From assembly GCA_002245135.1 (NCBI GenBank), contig NGBS01001168.1, positions 62,001 to 126,000 on the forward strand: a stretch of 64,000 nucleotides of DNA. Direction: 5' to 3'. Positions 52,560-64,000 of the stretch are shown piece by piece; within the stretch, counting starts at the first letter, position 1, and each line of letters starts with the position of its first letter. Position numbers and translations under genes: made by a program. The stretch is from Proteromonas lacertae. Lineage: Eukaryota. The notes beneath the pieces are model-generated. The model did not search any database and was not told the origin of the DNA. It worked only from the letters and a program-made list of their open reading frames with translations.

Positions 52560-54266
52560 CTACTTATTACAAATGTTACAAAAATAAAACAGAGATTCAT
52601 CAAGTTTATCAGTTTTGTTGAATGAAAAACAGTTACACCACCAATAACACTTATGCATATTCTCTTTGTTTAATAAATCTGCTTTTATATCAAAAACTGA
52701 GTTTAACAACACAGAAAACAACATTTGAATGTTGGTATTTGACTTATCCAAATCATCACAATTTCCTTCTTGAAATGGATTAGTTAAAGGCCAATGAAGA
52801 TAAGAGTATTCATTAAAACCATAATAATATTCATCATTCTCTTCTAACTCATCTCCTTTATACAAATAATACTTCGGTTTCCCTGCATTTCTAATAAATT
52901 GACAAGATGCTTTCCATCCAACATTATTTCCTCTACAAGGATATATAAACCATTTACCACAAAAATCTTTCTCTTTTTCACATCTTAATCTTAACTGTAA
53001 TATATCATTATAACTATGAGAATAATAAATATTCTTATTAAATGATTCATCACTACAAATATCGAAAATAGTTTGATAATCATTGTATATATCATTCTTT
53101 TCACTACATATAACATCATATTCATTGTTTTTTGTATTGTTATTCATTTCATCACATTTTATATTTGATATAAACACTATATCTTTATCTTTTGTTTGAT
53201 ATTTCTGAATATTGCTATTCATATTGTTTATTTTTAATCCCTGGACTATTTTACAATATTCAACGAGATTCTTAACCACATCAATTGAATCTTTTTCATA
53301 AGTAGTTTCATTTACAGATATAGGATTTAACAACCCTTTACACCATCCTAAATTAAACAAATTTGTTTTTTCATAGTTAAAATACACTTCATAATCATAC
53401 AACAGATTGAAATACAACGTATAATATGTATGTGGGAAAAAATTAATATCTTTATTAAACTTTACAGTTGAATATAATGTTTTATAATTAGGAGCAAATT
53501 GATTGTTTTGTGGTTTTTGTATCCATGTTTTATATAAATATTCACTTCCATAACTATAGGAAAATTCTATATTATCTGACATTAAATCAGATGGAATTGA
53601 TTGACTATTACTCATAATCCATTTTTCAGCTGAATATCTATCGCCATTATATCCATCAAAACCAGCAGTATATCTTTTACCAAATATTGTATATTTTGGT
53701 TGTTTTAATGTTTTAATATAACTGCATTTCGACCACCACATATTCCCTGAGTAATGTCTATATGGTAGCAATGAATATCTTGATCCACATACATCAGCAC
53801 CATGATGTAACTTTCTTATACAATTATCATAATTCTTAATCACATAATAAATTAACATCTTTCTCAATTCACTATTCTCTCTGCTGTTGTGATATGATCC
53901 TTTGAAATGAATGTATAACACATAATTATCTTCATTTTCATCATCATTACAATAACTCATTATATTTTCTAATACATTAAATTCATCAAAATTCGGTAAT
54001 ACTTCAATACTCTTAAATCCATACCCTCTTAAAATTTCTTCTGTTTGAATATCTCTCACTATAGAAATTCCATCTGAATAAAACAATAATTGTGATTCGT
54101 TTAACGCATTCATAAACTCTTCATACACTAGAGAATCGGATGGTTTCCATGCATTTAAGAATACAGCTTTTTTATGTATATCTTTTGATAAATATTTCCT
54201 TTTAATAGCATAAAATGAAATATATAATATGAATATTAGAAGAAAAGAGATAAGCCAAATAAACAT
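52560..54266 (-). CDS. Intronless type II membrane protein, putative glycosyltransferase-like
   Basis: N-terminal TM, then YVLYIHFKGS...HYSGNMWWSKCSYIKTL...RYSAEKWI motifs. Confidence 0.6.
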   Translation of the reverse strand: MFIWLISFLLIFILYISFYAIKRKYLSKDIHKKAVFLNAWKPSDSLVYEEFMNALNESQLLFYSDGISIVRDIQTEEILRGYGFKSIEVLPNFDEFNVLENIMSYCNDDENEDNYVLYIHFKGSYHNSRENSELRKMLIYYVIKNYDNCIRKLHHGADVCGSRYSLLPYRHYSGNMWWSKCSYIKTLKQPKYTIFGKRYTAGFDGYNGDRYSAEKWIMSNSQSIPSDLMSDNIEFSYSYGSEYLYKTWIQKPQNNQFAPNYKTLYSTVKFNKDINFFPHTYYTLYFNLLYDYEVYFNYEKTNLFNLGWCKGLLNPISVNETTYEKDSIDVVKNLVEYCKIVQGLKINNMNSNIQKYQTKDKDIVFISNIKCDEMNNNTKNNEYDVICSEKNDIYNDYQTIFDICSDESFNKNIYYSHSYNDILQLRLRCEKEKDFCGKWFIYPCRGNNVGWKASCQFIRNAGKPKYYLYKGDELEENDEYYYGFNEYSYLHWPLTNPFQEGNCDDLDKSNTNIQMLFSVLLNSVFDIKADLLNKENMHKCYWWCNCFSFNKTDKLDESLFYFCNICNK

Positions 54267-54713
54267 GATTTTTCAAATTAACTAACACAACAACCACAGT
54301 TAGTTTTATAAATCTTTTAACTTTCTGCTTATATGTAAATTTGTTTGTGCTTCTCTTGCTGGATTCTTTTATTCCCAAAATTAATAATGAGGCTAAAATA
54401 TTATCACTTTTCTATATAACATAATTAATCATTTTCATTTTGAATTGAATTAGATGTATTATTTGCTATATTTGATAATTTGTATTTATTGATTATATTT
54501 ACCAACAATTATTCTATATATTTTGAAAAATAATCTATTATCATCCATATTTTCAAAAATAATAATAACAGATTTACATCTATTTAACTTATATATTATT
54601 CTTAACTATATTTTTGTTTTTAAAATACCTTTATCTGCATCATTTAAAGAGATTTTTTAAAAATAAAAAACTTGGCTTGACTGTTTTTATTTTTTATTTC
54701 CCAATATCTTGTA

Positions 54714-57700
54714 ATGAATTCTAGCAGTAGGCCCCAAAGTGGTCGTATCATTTATATGTCATATTGATATCTTATAGATCGAAAATCTTTGATGGACACA
54801 GCTTTTGCTTCTGGAAGTGTTTCACCTATGCGTCGTCTGTCAAAAATACCATCTGGTAGTCAGGCACCATTAGCTAGAAGAGTGAGTAGGTTAAGCAATC
54901 CCGGTACTTCTGTTGTACATACAAATCCTGTTAGAAAACTTGTATCTATAAATAATTATAATCATTTTAATAGCCTCCAGAAGAAGTTGAAGAGGGTGAT
55001 ACACCTAGTAATGCTCTATCAAAGTATTTATTTAAATTGGGTAAAACATGTCAGCTTTCCTACAGGTGGAAGATATGAAAAACGGAATACTAGCCGTTTT
55101 AAGTAATTTTCTAATAGCTAAACCTATAACTAGTGAAAGTGCAGATAATATAGAAAATGCCATTTTGTTGAATAGATGGATGAATAAAAACCCATTGCCA
55201 GATGTATATATATATACAGTAATAATTATATATAAATAGAAAGAAATATTAGACTTGTCTATGAAATGTTTAAAGAAATTATCATTCTTATTTGAACCTT
55301 ATAAATCATTATTGAATATAGTATATAGAATAATCGCATTTTCATGTTATGATTCAATTAATATAAACCAAATAAACCAATGTAATTGTTATGAAATATT
55401 AGAACCCTATTATTTAATTATACATAATTTTATTGAAGAAAGAAAACAACTTGAATCATCAACCAATAATAATTTAAATAATAATAATAATGAAGTAAAT
55501 CCAATAGATACAATTAAGGATATTTATTTATCATTATCCGATAGTAAGAAGATTGGAGTATTATCGATGTTATGTAGAATGTATGGAAGTGATAGTGAAC
55601 TGAGTAATGATTTAATGTCAAATATAAATGTATTAATATTATTCATTTATATTTCTATAATATATTAGCCATTACAAAGATCAATATTAATAAAAAAACA
55701 AATATCATTAATAGTGAAGTTAATGAAGAGTAATGATAATAATATTGATATTGAAGTAATGAGGAGTTTATGGTTTAATGAATCTGATTTCCATAATGTT
55801 TTTGTATTACTTGGTTCAGCAGGAAGAGAGTATGTTAGGAATGGGAAATATACAGAATATTCTGATAAAAATATATCCGTTGATATGGGATGTTTGACTT
55901 GTAAACCATATGGAGATGATAATAATATGTTGAAAGAGAAATCCATTTTATATATCTTTTTATTGTAATAATAATTTATGTTTTTTTTATTTTCTTTAAT
56001 TTTAGTTTTTGTTACTGAATAATGATTTAAATGTAGTTGAAGGAAGAGATACAAAAGTAAGTGAAGAATATAACTCATTATTATCAATGTATAATGAATT
56101 AGAAACTAAAAAGAAAAGAACAATGAAATGAAGTTAAACAACTTACTAGTAATTATGAAAGAATATCAATGATAGAAGCACCAGTTCCAGTAAAAGACTT
56201 AGTATTTATTCATATTTTTATTATGATAATAGACAATAAGAGAAATAGATGAAAGAATATCACTAGATACAAAATTAGAATTATTTACTTATTACTTATC
56301 AAATAACAATAATAAAAGTTTAGCTGATTTGACACTTTATGCTCAAGAAATATTTTGTGGTATAAAGTATGAGAATATGAGTGTTATTATTGATTTCTTT
56401 ATGAAATATATACAGAATACAACTTATTTGGTTGATATTTATAAATTTATGAATGATTTAGTGAAAGAAAAACCAAAACAACTAACTATAGAAGAAACAG
56501 ATAATGACAATGAAAATGTACAAAAGACAGAGAAAGAGTTAGAAGAAGAAGCAAAATTATTGAAAGAAAAAATGATTGAGGAATTACCAAGATATGAATT
56601 TTCATATAAGAGTATATTCAAACAATAATATCCTCTTTTTTATAATTCAATATTATCAATGTTGTCTTTAATTTATTATTACTCTGAATCAAAAATACCT
56701 AATTCAACCAAATAAATTACCTAATTTTGGTCTTTATTCAATGTCTCATGTATTTTATCATTATATTAATATGTATAGTCTCACTATTCAGCATCAACAG
56801 ATACAATCAGTAAAGAAGAATTACATCAAATTATTTCACATATTTATATCAATATATATAATGAATATGATATGCCTGAATTTGATGTATTTACTACAGC
56901 ATTTCAAACTCTATTCTTAATTTATGGTTTACCACAAATCATTTATATAAAAATATCAGAAATAATAAAGTCTTGTCAAAAACATTACTTAAATGATAAA
57001 TATATTGAATTATTTTGTGAATTATTTGGAATTAAAAAGTGTTGTAAAATACAATGTTATCATAGAGTATATTATAATCCAGAAGATTTGAATACTTTTC
57101 TTAGTTTCATTAAATTAATGTATATATTTATTGTGATTATCTTATTATGTAGTTATAAAAAAGATTCTAATATAGAATTGAAAAATCATGAATTGAAATT
57201 AGATTATAATACTTATTTCATTGTATATAAGTATATTAATATATAATAATAATAGTTATCAGATAAAATCTATGAATTTCACAGTCAAGAGATATATAAT
57301 GATTATATCAATAGTTTAGATTCATTTATACACAAATCCAAAGATGTAAATGAAGGTAAGAATTATATTGATTTATACTCTGCTATACTTAATTTAATTA
57401 TTTATAAACATTATGATGAAAATTTAGATTTATTAAACAAATCTGCAATACCAATTCAAAAACATTTTAGAGGTTATATTGTCAGAAAGCAATATTATGA
57501 AATTGTTAAACTTTCAACCATTAAACTGTTAAATAAAACATTTATTCAAATAACAAAGACAAATAATATGAGTATTGATGATTTCAAAAACAATATTCAC
57601 ATAATGAGTAAGGAGAATGAAATAGATTTATCGTTTTTATCTGATCTGTTCGTAGATTGTATTGAATTATCTCAACATTATAACGATGATGGATTGTGTG

Positions 57701-57840
57701 CTAGTGGTTTTAGTAATAATCTATGGATTAACAACTTTAGATATTATAGAAAGCAATGGATGATATTGAATAAAAATTTACCTTCTGTTGTTCTTTATGC
57801 AAGTTTGAAGAATAATAATCTAATATATGAAACTGATTAA
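54714..57840 (+). CDS. Multi-exon hypothetical protein with IQ motif; contains two AT-AC introns
   Basis: Exons joined by many GT-AG and two AT-AC introns. IQ motif AIPIQKHFRGYIVRKQY. One apparent indel near 56125. Confidence 0.6.
55952..56015 (+). other. U12-type intron, AT-AC (64 nt)
   Basis: ATATCTTTTT...TTCTTTAAT-TTTAGTTTTTGTTAC. Phase-1 removal gives KSILLNNDLNVVEGR. Confidence 0.75.
56628..56682 (+). other. U12-type intron, AT-AC (55 nt)
   Basis: ATATCCTCTT...GTCTTTAAT-TTATTATTAC. Removal turns an apparent TAA into TA|T (Tyr) and links in frame to the 56872 ORF. Confidence 0.8.
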
Positions 57841-57946
57841 TGAATTATAAATGTGCTATTTTTTAATTTCATTTATATTTTACCCTATATAAAAAAAAAC
57901 ATTAATAAAACAATTCAACATAACAAAAAAGATAAAGTCTAATAAA

Positions 57947-60900
57947 TTATAAATTATCATTATCTGGAGAGAGAGTAGGAGATGGAGGTTTAGATGATGA
58001 ATATTCTGGTCTTTTGTATAATGGATTATTGTTATTTGGACTAACAATATTTGGATGAGGATGTGGTGATGTTGATCCACCTGATATATCAGGCTCCGGA
58101 TGATTAGGTGATGCAGGAGGTTGAGAATTAGATGGAGATGATGATGGAGGAGTATGAGATGATTCAGGTTTAGGCTTTTTCACCAATTGACTTGTTCCAT
58201 CATTTTCATCTTCATTCTTTTCTAATTTTTCTTTTGAGGATAAGTCACTCTTTTTAATTGGACTAACAATTGTTGAAGGAGGTGAAGGTGAATTAGATCC
58301 ATTTGAAATATCCGGTGATGGTTTACCATCATTGTCATCACTATCAGAAGAGTTAGGAGATGGAGTACGAGAATGTGTAGGAGTTGTAGGTGGAGGATTA
58401 TTAGGTCTTTTCATATCATTATTCTTTTCATCTTCTTTCATTGATAATTTTATAGATTCATTTTCTTTAAATGGAATGACAATTGTAGTAGTAGATGATG
58501 AAATTTCAGCAGTTGTATTAGATATATTATCATCGGGCCTATCACATTCAACAGATTCAACTGAAGGAAATTTGATAAATTGAGGTTGAGAATTCGATGG
58601 AGGTGAAGGTGTATTAGATTGAGGTGATTTCATTATTTTCATTTCATCACTCTTCTCAGAATCCTCTTTAAATTGATCTTCATCCACATTTATGTCTGTT
58701 AAATCAATCTCCATTCCATCAAAATCATTCATATTACAACAATCAGAAAGATCAATTTTATTGTCATTGGTAGAAATACTATCTTGCTTTTTCTCATTAT
58801 TATTATTATTATCATCATCATCATTTACTTCTTCTATTTCTACCAAATTGTTATTTCCACTTCTATAATTAACATCGGAATTTTCAGTCTTTATTGAATC
58901 TCCACTTATTTGAGATGATATTTTAGAACTAATTCCACTACTTCTACCACTAGATACTATAGTCTGCGTTTTTGTATGTGCTTCAGTAAAAAAAACATCT
59001 ATAGTAAGTATATCAATAAACTAACTAATTCATACTCATTCCTTCTGGTATTTTCATTGTCTGTAATTCTTTATTAACAGTATTATATTTAAGATTCAAT
59101 ATTTTTATATTGGTAAACTGATAGAAATCATTTAACAACACTGATTCAAACACTATATCGTTATTATCCAGACTTAATTCTTTCAATTTTGTCACATATT
59201 GTAGATTCTTTATTATAAATGAACAACCCATTTTATCAATTTTATTATCTAATAAAACTGTATTACTAATAATATACATGATAAAGATAACTTCTGAAGA
59301 TTAGTTACAGAAGAAAGATTAGAAGCTAATGAATAAACTGTTGTTCCATCAATTCCATTCTCATTTAGTGTCAATTGTTCTAAATTTGGCATTTTTGTTA
59401 AACAACGACTAAAAATGGATAATCCTTCAGATCCAAGAGAGTTATTTCCTAGATTCAAACATTTCAAATCCTTTAAAAAGACTTTTTCACTAAAGAAATA
59501 TTTAGACTGTGATAGTGGATTATGTGAATTATTAATACCTGAAAGTGTAAGATAAGATAAACTATTGCAGAAATAATTACTCATCTCCTCTAAATCTGAA
59601 GCATTAATTGGATTATCTATAATAGTATAATATTATATTGTTATACTTTTAATAACTAGTTTATCTAACTTGTTAATGCTATGTAACGACTTACATATAT
59701 TTATAAACTCTTTAGATTCAGCATTAATACTATTATCAATTGTAAAATTATTCAACTCTTTTATTAGACATAAATTTGACATATCTTTACAGAACATTTT
59801 AAATATAGCTATTATTCAATAAAGTAGAAATTAAAAAAATACTTTCAGTTAGTTTAATGCTGATTTTTACTTCTTTTTTATCTTTTATTTCCATCCATTT
59901 GAACATATTCTCATATTTCTTCTTATCTTTTAGTTTTAAGCCAATACTTAGGAAGTATAATATGTACTTTCTCAGCCAATCAATCTTAAAATTACTTTCT
60001 TTATGCATATTTTCAATCATCATAACAAAACTGTCAATTCTTTTTTTATTTTTTTTGTTTTCAAAAAATTCATGCACATCCTTAGGATTTTTAACTATAT
60101 AAATAATTATTATCATTATATATATATACTATGAATAAACAATCCTAACCTATTACAGTCTTCATTATCACACAATAACATTGATTCTAATGGAATACTT
60201 AATAATACTTCCTCTTCATATTTTGTAACATTATGATATTGATAATCCATATATCTCCTCTTTACATCATCTAATACTATAATACATTCATCACTATGAT
60301 TTATATCAATTGGATAATTTAATAACTGATGTTTAAATTGTTTAGTTATTTTCACTAATTGATTAGAATCGATATCTATTTGATTCTTCTTGACAAAACC
60401 TATAAAATAAATGAATTATTGATATAAATGTAAATATAAATACTGTCAAAATTAATAGATGCTTTCTTCCAATCCACATAATTAAGTAATAACTCTGTTA
60501 CTTTAGGTAGAACTTCTTGATGATATGAAATAAACAATAATATTCTATCTGCTAAATAATCTTCATTTGGAATAACTATATTATCCTGCTCAAGTATTGT
60601 GATAAATGTAGACAACTTCATTTCTCTAATATTCTCATTGTTTAACATAATAATTATATTATTTGTTATAATTTGATTAAAACTATAGTTGTTTAAAACG
60701 CTTTGAAATGAGGATATAAATTTTATATTTTCACTATTCAATAAACGCAATAGAGTAATTGGAGATTGATGATCCAAATAATATCTATATAACTGAACAA
60801 AACTATACATACTGTTTTGAATTCTCTAATAAATCTAATTCTTCAAAATACCAAGAAGTAACTATAATATCAGCTACATTTATATCGTTTATATCAATTT

Positions 60901-61160
60901 CACTATATCCAAAATAATCAATTAATTCTTTAAAACCAACAGCTGTTACTTGATTATCAATTTCTTTGTTATTATTGATTATATCTGCAGCTTTTGGGTT
61001 TTGAACAGTTATTAAAGGAGCAAATATTTTTATTTCTTCTCCATTAACAGTAATAGTTACATTTCCACATGAACTAATAAATCTGTCATTTAAATTATCT
61101 CTAGATAATTACATTAATCATATAATACGATTTTGGAAGATACTTTTTTGCTATTCTCAT
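57947..61160 (-). CDS. BTB/BACK-like plus LRR protein with Pro/Ser-rich tail
   Basis: N-terminal BTB-like exon, BACK-like TILEQDNIVIPNEDYL...VDW, RI-type LRRs (LKCLNLGNNSLG, LEQLTLNENGI) and a low-complexity C-terminus. Confidence 0.65.
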
Positions 61161-61331
61161 TGACTCACTTTAAATTCAGCAAATTAAAAATGTGATAGGC
61201 TTGATAAAAAGTTTGAACAGAATAAAAATGAAAATATGGAAAGGAGATTTATAATATATTCAATTGAATAATAATTGTGCCTTCCAATCTTAAATATAAA
61301 AATACTAAGAAAAAGAAGTATTTTATAACAA

Positions 61332-63140
61332 TTATTTTTTATCTACTTTATTATTCATTCTCTTTGTTAAAGTTTTATTCTTTATCAATGAACTACTACT
61401 AATTACATGCTGTTGATGAGTTTGTCTCTGTTTTGCAGGCTGTTGTGTAGGTGGAGGAGGATGAGGAATTTCAGTTGGTTTAGAAGGACTTGATTCAACA
61501 TTAGATTCATAAATAGTACCAAGTTGCCTATAAATAATAATAATAATAATAAACATACGATTTAATATAATTAAGATTACTTTCATTCTTTCTTATTAAT
61601 TCAGATATCTCACTATCATATTGATCATATTCATCTAATATATTCTAATACAAATATAATAACATATAACATATATATATACTATAGCAGTAGTTGGTCT
61701 TTTCAAATGTAATGATTCAGCTGTAGATTGTGTTTGATTGTATAATAAATTATATCTTTCAGTCAAATTCGATAAAGCATCTCTTAATCTGTGATTCTCT
61801 TTCACCAATTCATCTGTGTGTGAATGATCTTCTAATTTTTTTAATCTTTCTCTTATTTCATCATTTTCTTTCTTTAGAATATACATATTTGCATTTTCTA
61901 CTCTCAATTCTTGATCTTCTGTAATTATCTTTTTCGTTTCTTCAAGTTCAGTGTTTAGTTTCTTTATTTCATCTTTTAATACATTTATATAGTTTAATAA
62001 GTTGGATATTGTTTCACTTGAATTTGATGGATCTACATTTGGTTCATATAATAATAAATCATCTGTAGTTTGCTCAGGAGGAGGTGGAACTATTAAGAAA
62101 TATTAAATTACAAATAGAGAAAATATACTTGGATCAGTTCCTCTTATTCTAGAAACAAATGATACTTTTTCTTTTTCTATAAAATAAATATAATTCAATA
62201 TTATATTTATATACTATGGTTATGTTCTTTCAATCTTATTTCTGCTCTGATTGTCCTTAAATAATCATCAACACTTCCATTTTCAAATGATACTGCTCCA
62301 TTTGCTAGATATTCCATTAATATTTCATTTTTATTTAATTCATCATTTCTAAATAATTTTATTCCTCCTAACAGTGGTGGACGATGAGCTAAGGGTGCTG
62401 GAGCTGTTGATGGTCTTAATTTCACTATTTAATAATAGTTTTAATATGTAATTTTATTATACAATCTGGTTCTAATGTGTCATTGTCAAAATCTACATTT
62501 AAATCTTCATTATTTCTCATATAATCAGATATTAGATCTCCATTATAATATTCTAATGTTATTAATTCTGATATGATTTTGTTTTTTGAATTGTAACTAC
62601 TTGAACAAGGATTACCACCTAAATCTAATTTTTTCAACTATTTATATTATATATAGTAGAATTAACATACACATGACAATTTCTTCAGTATATTTAGAGA
62701 ATCATTAAAGTTTACTATTTGGTTACTATACGCAGAAAGTTCAATTAGTTTTGGATATTGGTCAATACCATACAATGATGTGAGTTTATTGTGAGAGATA
62801 AATAGTTTTTGCAAATTTGGACATTCTAGACCTATTAGACTATCGATTTGGTTGAAACTGAGATTAATTTCTATCAAGTTCAGGAAATTAAATCCCAAAA
62901 CATTATCAAACTCATTGTGTGATAAGGATAGCAACTCTAAATTGCCTAGTTCTTCCATTAAATTGTGATCAAACGTCTGAAGCTTTTGATCTCTTAAAAT
63001 AATCTACAAAATAGACATGAAATAAATAAAAATACTTCTCTCACATCACACAGTTCAAGTTCACCTGAATATTCTAGAACCAACTCTTTTGTAATGACAC
63101 CAGGATGTGAATTGATAAATTTAGTTTCAAATTCACTCAT
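61332..63140 (-). CDS. LRR (SDS22-like) plus coiled-coil protein, possibly centrosomal/ciliary
   Basis: LELLSLSHNEF, LIEINLSFNQI, LQKLFISHNKL, an LRR cap LDLGGNPC, and a C-terminal coiled coil. Many short introns. Confidence 0.7.
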
Positions 63141-63426
63141 ATTGTTGTTTGTCTATATTAATCAGTGGTTATTGATTAAGAAATTTGAATTTATGAATTT
63201 GAAATAGATTCGTTTCATCCAAATTGGTTTTATTCATTATCTCAATAAAAGAATTACTAATGTAATCAGACTAAACTGATATTTTATTTATTTATATGCT
63301 AATTTTGTAAGGACAAATGGTAGAAGCCATTATGTTACCAAATTCATTTAACATCAAGATATTTTAGATATTATATCACACAAATTGTATGTGTAATAAC
63401 TACAAAATAAATAAACATCAAACAAA

Positions 63427-64000
63427 TCAAGATAATAAATAATTCATTAAATGAGTAACTACAGTGACATTTAAACTCTATATACACATAAAAATACTAA
63501 ATATATATATACATTTCCTAACAACGAACATCTTGTTCTTTCAGACATATCTTTAGGAAAAACAAAGTCTTTATCATATCCAAATATTGACTTTATTTCT
63601 TCACTTTCAAAATACCTTAATTTCATTCCCTTCAAATTATCAAAATCTCTAAGCATTGGTGGAGTAACATAGGGTATATTAGTTTGAATAATACTGCCAG
63701 CACCTCTAAAATACTTCCTATAAGCTTTGGTAAAACAAATTGAATATTTATCTGTAGGAGAAATAATGTCAACACATTTCATTGAATTTGTTTTAGATAA
63801 TATTGAATCAGAGAGATAACTACTCTCACTGATTTCTTCTTCTGGTAATAAATAACTGGATATTGCTTTACAATGTGAATTCAATTCATTCCATTTTTGA
63901 TTATTCTCTAAAGTTCCCATTTCACCTGTTATTGCATTATTCTTTATAAATTTACATTCTGCATCATCAGGAATTATTCTACAGAGATTATTTTCTATTA
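63427..64000 (-). CDS. TRDMT1: tRNA (cytosine-38) methyltransferase DNMT2, 3' part (5' end outside the window)
   Basis: CFTKAY (the DNMT2-specific CFT motif), LRYF..EI...GY, and LLGN|SLNVTVV motif X across a GT-AG intron. Confidence 0.9.

Noticed and set aside
54745..54777. GT-AG introns starting GTATCA/GTATCT as possible GT-type U12 introns (also about 11210, 15465, 29703)
   Set aside because: They are only 26-39 nt and lack the TCTTTAAT branch motif, so they fit the major class.
1..64000. Alternative genetic code or Blastocystis-style stop codons created by polyadenylation
   Set aside because: Long conserved ORFs contain no in-frame stops, and each recognised gene ends in a genomic TAA, TAG or TGA. 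The apparent in-frame TAG near 19778 falls inside an intron.

Overview
Very AT-rich, gene-dense eukaryotic nuclear DNA using the standard genetic code. It comes from a protist that keeps cilium/flagellum genes (BBS8, two Shippo/ODF3-repeat genes). The tiny introns and gene content suggest an opalozoan-type stramenopile (Blastocystis/Proteromonas relative), but that is inference. About 35 mostly multi-exon genes are present, including VAMP7, E2F, CAPZA, PRP6, p24, CNBP, PDAP1, three extended-PHD paralogues, NTF2, an aldo-keto reductase, TM9SF, QTRT1, BBS8, a MAPK, an NHE exchanger and DNMT2. Most introns are about 25-40 nt, GTAT...TAG. The main finding is a second intron class: six 55-64 nt minor-spliceosome (U12-type) introns in five genes. 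All start ATATCHT, all carry TCTTTAAT 10-15 nt before the 3' end, and four of the six must end in non-canonical AA (AT-AA) to restore the frame. Other observations are a recurrent intergenic GCTTGAYT motif, very short head-to-head spacers, an apparently exact 573-bp intragenic tandem repeat and an intronless glycosyltransferase-like HGT candidate. Several single-base frameshifts in A/T runs suggest homopolymer errors in the assembly. All gene models were read by eye, without alignments or RNA data.
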